Shown one piece after another: positions 19,653 to 27,785 of a stretch of DNA of 64,000 bases (within the stretch, counting starts at the first letter, position 1; each line of letters opens with the position of its first letter). Position numbers and translations under genes: made by a program. This stretch comes from Spirochaetia bacterium (GTDB lineage Bacteria > Spirochaetota > Spirochaetia > CADAEX01), in contig CAXXHA010000011.1 in the NCBI GenBank assembly GCA_963662265.2, positions 155,611-219,610 on the forward strand. The letters run 5' to 3'. The notes beneath the pieces are model-generated. The model had not been told where the DNA came from. It worked only from the letters and a program-made list of their open reading frames with translations, and ran no database searches.

Positions 19653-21473
19653 ATGAGAAAAACACTTATTCTTGTCTTTATGATTTTTTTATTTCTGACA
19701 AATATTATCTATGCACAGAACAAAACAGCCCTCGTCATAGGAAACGGAAGCTATAAGCATTTCTCCCCGTTAAGCAGTCCTAAAAATGAAGCTTCCGATA
19801 TGAAGAATGCATTAACACGGCTCGGATTCGATGTAATTCTCCTTCTTGACGGGACACAGGACAGCATTCTGGATGCTGTTTCAGACTTTGAATATAAACT
19901 TAAAAACAGGGGCGGGATTGCATTCTTTCATTACGGTGGTCACGGAGTACAGGTTGAAGGAAGCAACTACATAATACCTGTAGATGCAGATATTCCTGAT
20001 GAGAGAAGGGTAAAGTCGCGTGCTGTTGATATTGATGAGATAATAAGCGCAATGGATGCATCTGGAAGTAAAACCAATATCGTAATACTTGATGCATGCC
20101 GTGATAATCCCCTTCCCGGAGCTTCCCGTTCAGGCACAAGAGGGCTTGCTGTAACAGGACACCAGCCTCCCGACTCAATTATTGTTTACTCTGCTGATGC
20201 CGGAACAACTGCGGAAGACGGCCTTTTTACACCGACACTATTAAAATACCTTGAAAATCCCGGAATGGAATTTACAGATATTCTCAGAAAGGTACGGAGA
20301 GATGTAAGAAAGAAATCCGGAGGAAGGCAGAGGACAGGGGACTATAACCAGCTTGAAAGCGAAATCTACCTTGCAGGGAGAACAGGAAGCAGCAGCTCTT
20401 CCAGTAATTCTTATGCCTCAGCCTCTTCAAAAAAGCCCAGTCTCAGCGTGGAGTCTGCAAAATACGGCTCAGTAAAGCTGATGGTAAAAGAGGCGGGAAC
20501 ATTATATCTTGACGGTGTAAATATGGGAAAAATAGCTGCAAACAGGTCTGCAACATTAAATAATATTGAGACGGGAAGTCATGCTATAGAGATAAGATAT
20601 GCAGGAAATACAGAAAGGAAAACAGTGACTGTCTATGAAAACAGGACAGCAAGCCTTTCATTTTCTTATGAAAAGCCACGTTCTGTGACTCCAACATCCA
20701 GCAATAATACCGGCAAAAACATGGTCTTTGTTGAAGGCGGCACCTTCCAGATGGGCAGTAATTCCGGCGCCAGCCATGAAAAGCCTGTGCACAGCGTGAC
20801 AGTATCGAGTTTTTACATAGGAAAGTATGAGGTAACACAAAGTGAGTATAGCACTGTTACGGGAAAAGACCCTTCTTTTTTAAAGGGAGACAGCCTTCCT
20901 GTAGAAATGGTTAGCTTTTATGATGCAGTTGAGTACTGTAATGAGTTAAGCAGAAGGGAAGGTCTTTCTACTGCCTATAATATTAACAAAAGCAGACAGG
21001 ACTCAAATAACAAGGCCGAATATGATAGACTTAAATGGACAATAACAGTAAACTGGAATGCTGACGGATACAGGCTTCCGACAGAGGCTGAATGGGAATA
21101 TGCAGCCCGAGGTGGAAAAATGAGCAGAGGATATAAATACTCAGGATCAAATAATTCAGGAGACGTTGCTTGGAATCGTGATAATTCAGGAGGGAAAAAA
21201 CATCCGGTGGGCCAGAAATCAGCAAACGAACTTGGGATATATGATATGAGCGGGAATATCTGTGAGATGTGCTGGGATTGGTATGGAAAAACATATTACT
21301 CCTCTTCAAGCCAGAGAGATCCACGGGGTCCTGCTTCGGGGGAGAACCGCGTGGTACGGGGAGGCGGAACGGGCTATGATATTTTTTCACGGTCTGCCAG
21401 TCGCGGCTACTGCAGTCCAAGCGGTTTCGGCGACGGTATAGGCTTCCGCCTTGTTCGATCCGCAGTTCAGTAG
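19653..21473 (+). CDS. Exported caspase (peptidase C14)-PEGA-FGE-sulfatase/C-type-lectin protein; probable DGR target
   Basis: Signal peptide (NIIYA); ALVIGN, YGGHG and LDACR intact His/Cys dyad; Ser-rich linker; PEGA-like LYLDG..GSHAIEIR; FGE motifs RLPTEAEWEYAARGG, NELGIYDMSGN, RVVRGG..GFRLVR. Confidence 0.9.
   Translation: MRKTLILVFMIFLFLTNIIYAQNKTALVIGNGSYKHFSPLSSPKNEASDMKNALTRLGFDVILLLDGTQDSILDAVSDFEYKLKNRGGIAFFHYGGHGVQVEGSNYIIPVDADIPDERRVKSRAVDIDEIISAMDASGSKTNIVILDACRDNPLPGASRSGTRGLAVTGHQPPDSIIVYSADAGTTAEDGLFTPTLLKYLENPGMEFTDILRKVRRDVRKKSGGRQRTGDYNQLESEIYLAGRTGSSSSSSNSYASASSKKPSLSVESAKYGSVKLMVKEAGTLYLDGVNMGKIAANRSATLNNIETGSHAIEIRYAGNTERKTVTVYENRTASLSFSYEKPRSVTPTSSNNTGKNMVFVEGGTFQMGSNSGASHEKPVHSVTVSSFYIGKYEVTQSEYSTVTGKDPSFLKGDSLPVEMVSFYDAVEYCNELSRREGLSTAYNINKSRQDSNNKAEYDRLKWTITVNWNADGYRLPTEAEWEYAARGGKMSRGYKYSGSNNSGDVAWNRDNSGGKKHPVGQKSANELGIYDMSGNICEMCWDWYGKTYYSSSSQRDPRGPASGENRVVRGGGTGYDIFSRSASRGYCSPSGFGDGIGFRLVRSAVQ
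21321..21473 (+). other. Putative DGR variable region (VR) at the 3' end of the caspase-CLec gene
   Basis: About 62% GC by hand count versus about 46% for the same stretch of the paralog; all 11 non-scaffold codons between tct-gcc and ata-ggc-ttc-cgc end in C/T. Confidence 0.6.
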
Positions 21474-21544
21474 CAGCCGGGAGGAGGCCGGCTGTTCAGG
21501 GGAAGGAGCCGGAGGCAGCCCCCTGAAGCGGAGCTTAAGGGGGC
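21474..21544 (+). promoter_or_regulatory. GC-rich hairpin/cruciform cluster with GGA triloops right after the stop codon (DGR target-recognition-like)
   Basis: cagccgg-N7-ccggctg (21474-21494); gcc-GGA-ggc (21508-21516); gccccctgaagc-GGA-gcttaagggggc (21518-21544, 11 of 12 bp paired). Confidence 0.55.
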
Positions 21545-21682
21545 ATACTGTAGGCGGAGAAACCGGTAAAAAAATAATTATTATAAGCTGAATAAATTAT
21601 TCAGAATTAACATAAAACTAATAAAAAGTTTCTGCAAATAATTTTAAAAAATATATATAATATCTTTAAAAATATCCGGGGA

Positions 21683-22114
21683 ATGTTTATGAGAAAAGTA
21701 ATTATTTTTATCAGTTTATTATTGATATTAACAGCTGCTATCCTTCCTGCACAGGATAAATTTGCCCTGGTAATAGGAAACAGCAGCTACAAAGGTCTGT
21801 CTCCCCTTAAAAATCCTGTAAATGATGCAACTGATATTGCATCAGCTTTAAGGAACATGGGATATAATGTTGAACTTCTCAAGAACAGCAGTCTGAGCGC
21901 CATGGAAACAGGGGTCCTTAATCTTAAAAACAGGTTATCTGTCAGCAAGCACAGTATCGGATTTGTATACTATGCAGGGCACGGAATTCAGTCAAACGGT
22001 GAGAATTTTCTTATTCCTTCAGATGCTGATATAAGGGATGAAGCTTTTTTAAAAACAAAGAGTCTATCAACACAGGTAATGATGGATCTTCTCGGGGTGC
22101 AAGAAATAAACTGA
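21683..22114 (+). CDS. Second exported caspase-PEGA-FGE protein, N-terminal part (frameshift at G4 22094-22097)
   Basis: Signal peptide (AILPA), FALVIGN, LKNPVNDA, YYAGHG; adding one G gives LLGGARNKLNVVVLDACR, joining the next ORF. Confidence 0.85.
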   Translation: MFMRKVIIFISLLLILTAAILPAQDKFALVIGNSSYKGLSPLKNPVNDATDIASALRNMGYNVELLKNSSLSAMETGVLNLKNRLSVSKHSIGFVYYAGHGIQSNGENFLIPSDADIRDEAFLKTKSLSTQVMMDLLGVQEIN

Positions 22115-22122
22115 ATGTAGTT

Positions 22123-23514
22123 GTGCTTGATGCGTGCCGTGATAATCCTTTTTCCTGGAACAGGAGCGGGAGCAGGGGGCTTTCTGTAGTCGGTTCACAG
22201 CCACCCGGAAGTATTATTGTATATGCTACAAGTGCAGGAAGTGTTGCCAGGGATGGTTCAGGCCGGAACGGCATATTCACAAAAGAGCTTCTTAAAAATA
22301 TGAAAACTCCCGGTATTGATGTAAGCGAGGTATTCCGGCTGACAGGAGCCGGAGTAAGCCGGGTAACAAACGGTAAGCAGGTGCCTGCTGTATATAATCA
22401 GTATTTTGAAAAGATATCACTTTCTGCAGGAACTGTGTCAGGTTCAAATTTAAATAATTCATCTACCGGACCTAAAAATAATCCCGGATTTAAAGTTGAT
22501 TCACTGAAATACGGTTCTGTAAAAATCAGTTCTATGGAAGCCGGAAGCGTATTTCTTGACGGAAGCAAAATCGGAGATCTTACTGCAAACCGGTCTGCAA
22601 CACTCACAGATATCCTGACCGGTTCACATAGCATTGAAATGAGGTATACAGACTATACTGAAAGAAAAAGTATTACTATATATGAAAACCGAACATCAAG
22701 TCTGTCATTCACATGGAGAAAATCAGCTTCAGGCAATACTGCTGCCCTGAATAAATCAGCAGCTGACAAACCACAGCTGGTTTATGTAAGCGGCGGAACA
22801 TTTCAGATGGGAAGTAAATATAAATCATTTACAGGTCCTGTCCACAGTGTTACCCTGGGAAGTTTTTATATCAGCAAGTATGAAATAACTCAGGAACAGT
22901 ATGAATCTGTTATGGGAAAGAATCCCTCAAATTTCAGGGGGAAGAATTTCCCGGTTGATAAGGTGAGCTGGTATGATGCTGTTGAATACTGCAATGCGCT
23001 GAGCAGAAGCGAAGGATTTAATCCTGCATATAACATAAAAAAAAGCAGCTTAATGACAAAAGACGGAAAACCTGATAAATCAAAATGGACAGTAACATGC
23101 GACTGGAATGCAGATGGATACAGGCTGCCGACAGAAGCAGAATGGGAATATGCTGCCATTGGCGGGAATAAAAGCAGGGGATACAGTTATTCAGGTTCAA
23201 ATAACCCTTCTGAAGTTTCCTGGAATAAGACTACAGGCGGGAAAGTAAGTGCTGTAGGCATGAAAAAACCCAATGAACTGGGTATACATGATATGAGCGG
23301 GAACCACTGGGAATGGGTCTGGGACTGGTACGGATCTTATTCAGCAGCAAATCAGACAAACCCCAAAGGACCTGAAACAGGTACAAAGAAAGTGGAGAGA
23401 GGCGGTGCATATTATGCCGATCCTGAACTATGCAATGTGAAGTACAGGCTTATGTGTCTGCCTACAGTGGAATACAGCAGTTTAACAATAAGGGTAGTAA
23501 GGCCTGCAAGATAA
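22123..23514 (+). CDS. Second caspase-PEGA-FGE-sulfatase/CLec protein, C-terminal part
   Basis: LDACRDNP, SRGL, PEGA-like domain, RLPTEAEWEYAA, NELGIHDMSGNHWEW; colinear with 19653-21473. Confidence 0.88.
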   Translation: MLDACRDNPFSWNRSGSRGLSVVGSQPPGSIIVYATSAGSVARDGSGRNGIFTKELLKNMKTPGIDVSEVFRLTGAGVSRVTNGKQVPAVYNQYFEKISLSAGTVSGSNLNNSSTGPKNNPGFKVDSLKYGSVKISSMEAGSVFLDGSKIGDLTANRSATLTDILTGSHSIEMRYTDYTERKSITIYENRTSSLSFTWRKSASGNTAALNKSAADKPQLVYVSGGTFQMGSKYKSFTGPVHSVTLGSFYISKYEITQEQYESVMGKNPSNFRGKNFPVDKVSWYDAVEYCNALSRSEGFNPAYNIKKSSLMTKDGKPDKSKWTVTCDWNADGYRLPTEAEWEYAAIGGNKSRGYSYSGSNNPSEVSWNKTTGGKVSAVGMKKPNELGIHDMSGNHWEWVWDWYGSYSAANQTNPKGPETGTKKVERGGAYYADPELCNVKYRLMCLPTVEYSSLTIRVVRPAR

Positions 23515-23555
23515 AGATCTTCGCAAAATAGCGGAAAATAAAATATAATAGATAT

Positions 23556-24386
23556 ATGAAAGAAAAATTGAGAAAAAGGCGGCTTCCCGAAGGCTGGTAT
23601 CCTGATACAGAAAAAGGGGTAACAGGGAGCATTAAAAGCTGGGAAAAAATAAATACAGAGACAAAGGCAAGATCTGTAGTTGTTCCCCATGCCGGATGGT
23701 ATTTTTCCGGTAAAATAGCATCAAATACTATCAGACTTCTTTCAGATGATTCATCTATCATAGTTGTTGCTGGCGGACATCTAAGCGAATATGATCCTGT
23801 GCTTGTGGCAGAAGAGGAAAGTTTTGAGACACCGCTGGGAAATATCAGGAATTCTCCCGATCTTCTTGATAAATTATTCGATTCCGAAATAGTAACTGCT
23901 GACCGTGTCCCTGATAATACTGTGGAAATACAGCTCCCTTTTGTTAAGAACTTTTTTCCCTCAGCTGAAATAATCTGGCTGAGAATGCCTCCGGAAGCTG
24001 AAAAAGTCAGGAAAATATCATCAATTCTTACATCTTTTGAAAATGAATCAGGAAAGAAAATTTCTGTGATCGGATCTACTGATCTTACACATTATGGTAT
24101 TAATTATGGATTCATGACACACGGCACAGGCGAAAAGGCTCTTTCATGGGTGAAAAATGTCAATGACAGGAATTATATAGACCTGCTTCTTGAATATAAA
24201 ATTGATGAATCACTAACCCACAGTAAGAGTGAAAGATCTGCCTGTTCAGCAGGGGGAGCAGCTCTTGCAGCATCATTTGCCCGTGGATCAGGCTGCAGCG
24301 AAGCAGAGCTTTTATATTATTACACAAGTAATGATATATATCCGTCAGATTCTTTTGTTGGTTATGCCGGGATTATTTACTATTGA
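23556..24386 (+). CDS. amrB: AmmeMemoRadiSam system protein B (MEMO1 family)
   Basis: GWYP, VPHAGWYFSG, ETPLG, DNTVEIQLPF, STDLTHYG, SFVGYAG. Confidence 0.9.
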   Translation: MKEKLRKRRLPEGWYPDTEKGVTGSIKSWEKINTETKARSVVVPHAGWYFSGKIASNTIRLLSDDSSIIVVAGGHLSEYDPVLVAEEESFETPLGNIRNSPDLLDKLFDSEIVTADRVPDNTVEIQLPFVKNFFPSAEIIWLRMPPEAEKVRKISSILTSFENESGKKISVIGSTDLTHYGINYGFMTHGTGEKALSWVKNVNDRNYIDLLLEYKIDESLTHSKSERSACSAGGAALAASFARGSGCSEAELLYYYTSNDIYPSDSFVGYAGIIYY

Positions 24387-24533
24387 AATTTCATGTTGTC
24401 CAGTCTTGAAATATTTTGACTGTAATACTGAGATTTTATGTTGTCCAGTCTTGGATTTTACATAATACCGGGATTTCATATGTTCAGTCCCGTTTGAAGT
24501 TAGTTATAATTAATACTGAGAATATATGATCAG
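24378..24533. repeat. Degenerate ~31-bp direct repeats (3 copies plus 1 partial) between convergent genes
   Basis: Units at 24378, 24423, 24463 and 24511; units 1 and 2 are 27/31 identical (consensus about TAATACTGAGATTTCATGTTGTCCAGTCTTG). Confidence 0.6.
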
Positions 24534-26200
24534 ATATATTTTAATATTTCATTTATACACCATGATCTGCTTTCTTCGAGAAGAACAGGTATTTGTATTT
24601 TTTCTTCCCTGTGTTCTTTTCTTACAGAAGCGCAGACCGGAAAAACAGTTGTCCACAGTTCTTTTTCCTTTCTGCTCAGTGACTGGTAATAACTCTTGAA
24701 GTTACTGTCGGGAGCAGGCAGATGTTTCAGCTTATTTGAATAATCATATAGAAAATCCTTCCATGATACAGATGCGCTTCCTGCACCGAAAAAAACAGGA
24801 TTAGCTGTATGATTTTCACCGGTGAAAACACTGGAACAGTCCTGTATATCTGATCTGAAAGAAAGATCCCGTGCAGAACCTTCTGGTGTTACTGTTGTCA
24901 GGCAGTTTGATCTGATATAGTCGGATATGTGTGAATAGTAGGAATCAAGTTTGCTGTTTGTAACAATATTTCCATCATAGATGTTTTTACTGTTTGAAAA
25001 AACAAAGTTATATACATTGTTTTCACAGGATTGTTTCCTGTTTTCAGTCTTCATGAAATAGTTGTAAATCAGACTGTCTCTTGCATAAGGTTTTCCTTTC
25101 GGATAGGAATAGTCGAGTCCGTAAAGTTCTATTTCTCTGGCGCCGAGGGATTTTGCAAGCGAAACTGCTGAATGTCCTACATTTCCACCTGATGTATCAA
25201 TAACAGGGAAATATTTCCAGTATGTAGCTATGTATCTTGAAAATGGATGACCGGAGGAAAAGTAAGACCTGTTTTTAAACTTCCTGGAAATATACGGCTG
25301 TGATGACAAGTCAAGTACAACAGGAATGTCAGAATAACCGATACCCATGAAATGGTTATAAGTTATATGCTGGCAATCAATGGATATTATTATATCAGGT
25401 GTGATTTGTTTGCCTGAAAGATAGGGAAGAACTGTGTCTGTTGCAATAAGGAGACTCTTATCTCTGTTTGCCTTTAGTGTATCAAGCTGTTTTTCTATTG
25501 ACGGACCGGCACCTGCTATCATTATTCTTGAAGAGGGAGATATTGGTTTTGAGTATTCTTCAGCATAGCTGAGATTCATGAGTGTGTTTCTGAACCATCT
25601 TTTGCCGAACTGTGCCTGTACAGCAAAATCATCATATACAGAATCCAGAATAATTTTTATATCCATGAAAAGATTTTCAAAAAAAACTGTTTCAGTTTTT
25701 ACCCTGTTTTTAAGCTGAACAATACTTAAATTACCGAATATTGAGGGATTATATTTTTCTGCAAGTTTATTCTGAAGATCAATTATATCAGGGTCTACCA
25801 GGAGATCGGTTTTCCTGTCAGAGAAAATATTGGTAAGATCAATATTCTCTATAATTTTTCTTAAGATATTTTTATCTTTTTCAATAATTAAAATATGGTG
25901 AATATCCGGATCGTTGAGATATGGAAGAATATGATATCCTCCGCCAAGGCCGAAAAAAATAACAAAACCGCTGTTGTTTTTCCCTGACAGATATAATTTT
26001 TCCCCTTCACGTTCGGGATTGTAGAGAGAGTGGAGCTGTATGTCTGCAGCTGTATCTTTTATAACAGGAACCGGGGAACTGTTTTTTGCTATATCAATTC
26101 TGCATTTATCTGATGATGAAACCTGGCTTATTTTAAAAGCAAGTTCAGGATCAACCGAGGATAATGATATAATATTCTGCTGAAATACTGAATTATTCAT
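24530..26200 (-). CDS. Maf/DUF115 (MptE-like) flagellin glycosyltransferase family protein
   Basis: LHSLYNPERE, GLGGGYH, FGKRWFRN, AGAGPS, ATDT, PDIIISID, GGNVG, GLDYSY. Confidence 0.85.
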   Translation of the reverse strand: MNNSVFQQNIISLSSVDPELAFKISQVSSSDKCRIDIAKNSSPVPVIKDTAADIQLHSLYNPEREGEKLYLSGKNNSGFVIFFGLGGGYHILPYLNDPDIHHILIIEKDKNILRKIIENIDLTNIFSDRKTDLLVDPDIIDLQNKLAEKYNPSIFGNLSIVQLKNRVKTETVFFENLFMDIKIILDSVYDDFAVQAQFGKRWFRNTLMNLSYAEEYSKPISPSSRIMIAGAGPSIEKQLDTLKANRDKSLLIATDTVLPYLSGKQITPDIIISIDCQHITYNHFMGIGYSDIPVVLDLSSQPYISRKFKNRSYFSSGHPFSRYIATYWKYFPVIDTSGGNVGHSAVSLAKSLGAREIELYGLDYSYPKGKPYARDSLIYNYFMKTENRKQSCENNVYNFVFSNSKNIYDGNIVTNSKLDSYYSHISDYIRSNCLTTVTPEGSARDLSFRSDIQDCSSVFTGENHTANPVFFGAGSASVSWKDFLYDYSNKLKHLPAPDSNFKSYYQSLSRKEKELWTTVFPVCASVRKEHREEKIQIPVLLEESRSWCINEILKYI

Positions 26201-27785
26201 AATTTTCTGTCTTTGTTTTCAGAAATTCGAAAAAACTGATGCATTCATCATTTAAATCCCTGTATTTTTTTAGTGCTGTATCTTTATTGCCCGATTTAAA
26301 ATCACCATAGATATCAAGATAAACTGAAGCTGAATAATTATAAAGTATATCAAAGTAAAAACTTCTGAAATAACTGTCATCGAGATTTTTATTTTTTTTG
26401 CTTATAATATCTTTATTCAGGTTTTCAAGTGAGTCTATGACAGATTTCCTTACAGATTCTTTATCAGCAGATGTTTCTTCAGTAACCGGATCGCTGATTG
26501 CCTGATTATTAATAATACCACCTGCTTCAATAATATTTATATTTTCAAAAGATCTTATATCAATATCTGAGCTGTTAATCCTGTATATTTTCCGGCCCGG
26601 AATTATACTGTCAAACCATGATGAATAAGTCTTCAGCTGTATCGATGTCCTGTTTCCCTTATCTGTGTCATATGTGTAATGTTCTGTATACTTATTATAC
26701 ATCATGCCGAGATGAGGATTTGTCCTTGATGAAAAAGATATTTCACTGCTGCTGAATTCATTTGGCATGCAGTGTGATTTAATATCTGAAGAACAGAAAT
26801 CAAGACCTGCAAAAAAAACAGGATAACTGCTTATTGAAAGTGCAAGATGAAGAGCTGATCCTGAAACAGTCCCGTTCTGCTGAATATCAGAATATTTTAA
26901 CGGGAAATTGCTGAGAAAAAACTTTTCCTGCAAAGTATTCTGATTTAAAAGGAATAATGGCTTGTTGCAGTTCTCAAGGTGGTAAGATGTAAGCGGCGCT
27001 GCTGTTGTAAAATTACCTTGACTTTTTTTCCTCAGGTGGTATGTGGAATAAAATCCAGGATCGGTAGTGAGCAGCAGATCCGGTTCTATATTATTTTCAA
27101 TAAGAAAGGAAAGCGATGATGAAAGCGCAAGAAGAAAGATTTTATCCCTGTTGTTTTTTATGAGATCTGCAGATTTTTCCAGGGTAGGTCCTGAAGATGT
27201 TATAAAAACAGGTTTGCCAGTATCTTTATAAACAATTGTTTTATCAAGAGATAATGCATTCTTTATAATATTTGAAAAATATCTCTTTCCGAAGTAATTG
27301 GTTGTATTTATATTTCCGTTATACTCCCTGATGACTCTGGATACACAGTTGCTTATAAATTCAGAAGAGTCTGGAAAAGATTTGAAAACTGGAGTCCAGT
27401 CAAAGAGCAGAAGACCCTTAAGATCAATTTCATCTATGACTGATTTTAGATAACTATACAGATCCTTTTTGTTTATCTCATTAATTTCTGGGTGCCAGGC
27501 ATAAACATTGTTGTTACTGTATTTTGATATATTATTTTCAAACATCTGTTTTGATGCATGAAGAATAATATATTTTGTTTCCGGATATTTTTTTATAAGA
27601 CAGTCATATATATAATTCAGACCCGGATACAGGATAATAATTACAGAAGGTTCTGTATCAGTTTCCTGCAGCTTGAGTTTTACATATTTTTCAGCTTCTT
27701 TTAACGGATCATAACTGGAATGAAGAAGGTTGTTATTAAAGGAACATGTAATGAGACCTTTTCTGGATTTGAAAAATTCAAGCAT
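26193..27785 (-). CDS. Maf/DUF115 (MptE-like) family protein
   Basis: LHSSYDPLKEA, FGKRY, SSGPTL, PDLLLTTDPGFY, NGTVSGSA, GLDF. Confidence 0.82.
   Translation of the reverse strand: MLEFFKSRKGLITCSFNNNLLHSSYDPLKEAEKYVKLKLQETDTEPSVIIILYPGLNYIYDCLIKKYPETKYIILHASKQMFENNISKYSNNNVYAWHPEINEINKKDLYSYLKSVIDEIDLKGLLLFDWTPVFKSFPDSSEFISNCVSRVIREYNGNINTTNYFGKRYFSNIIKNALSLDKTIVYKDTGKPVFITSSGPTLEKSADLIKNNRDKIFLLALSSSLSFLIENNIEPDLLLTTDPGFYSTYHLRKKSQGNFTTAAPLTSYHLENCNKPLFLLNQNTLQEKFFLSNFPLKYSDIQQNGTVSGSALHLALSISSYPVFFAGLDFCSSDIKSHCMPNEFSSSEISFSSRTNPHLGMMYNKYTEHYTYDTDKGNRTSIQLKTYSSWFDSIIPGRKIYRINSSDIDIRSFENINIIEAGGIINNQAISDPVTEETSADKESVRKSVIDSLENLNKDIISKKNKNLDDSYFRSFYFDILYNYSASVYLDIYGDFKSGNKDTALKKYRDLNDECISFFEFLKTKTENYE

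Noticed and set aside
19653-23514. Active formylglycine-generating enzymes
   Set aside because: The FGE catalytic Cys motif is absent and no sulfatase is adjacent; these are the non-catalytic CLec-type domains.
24378-24533. Mini-CRISPR array
   Set aside because: Repeats are degenerate, spacers only 9-18 nt and unequal, and there are no cas genes or leader.
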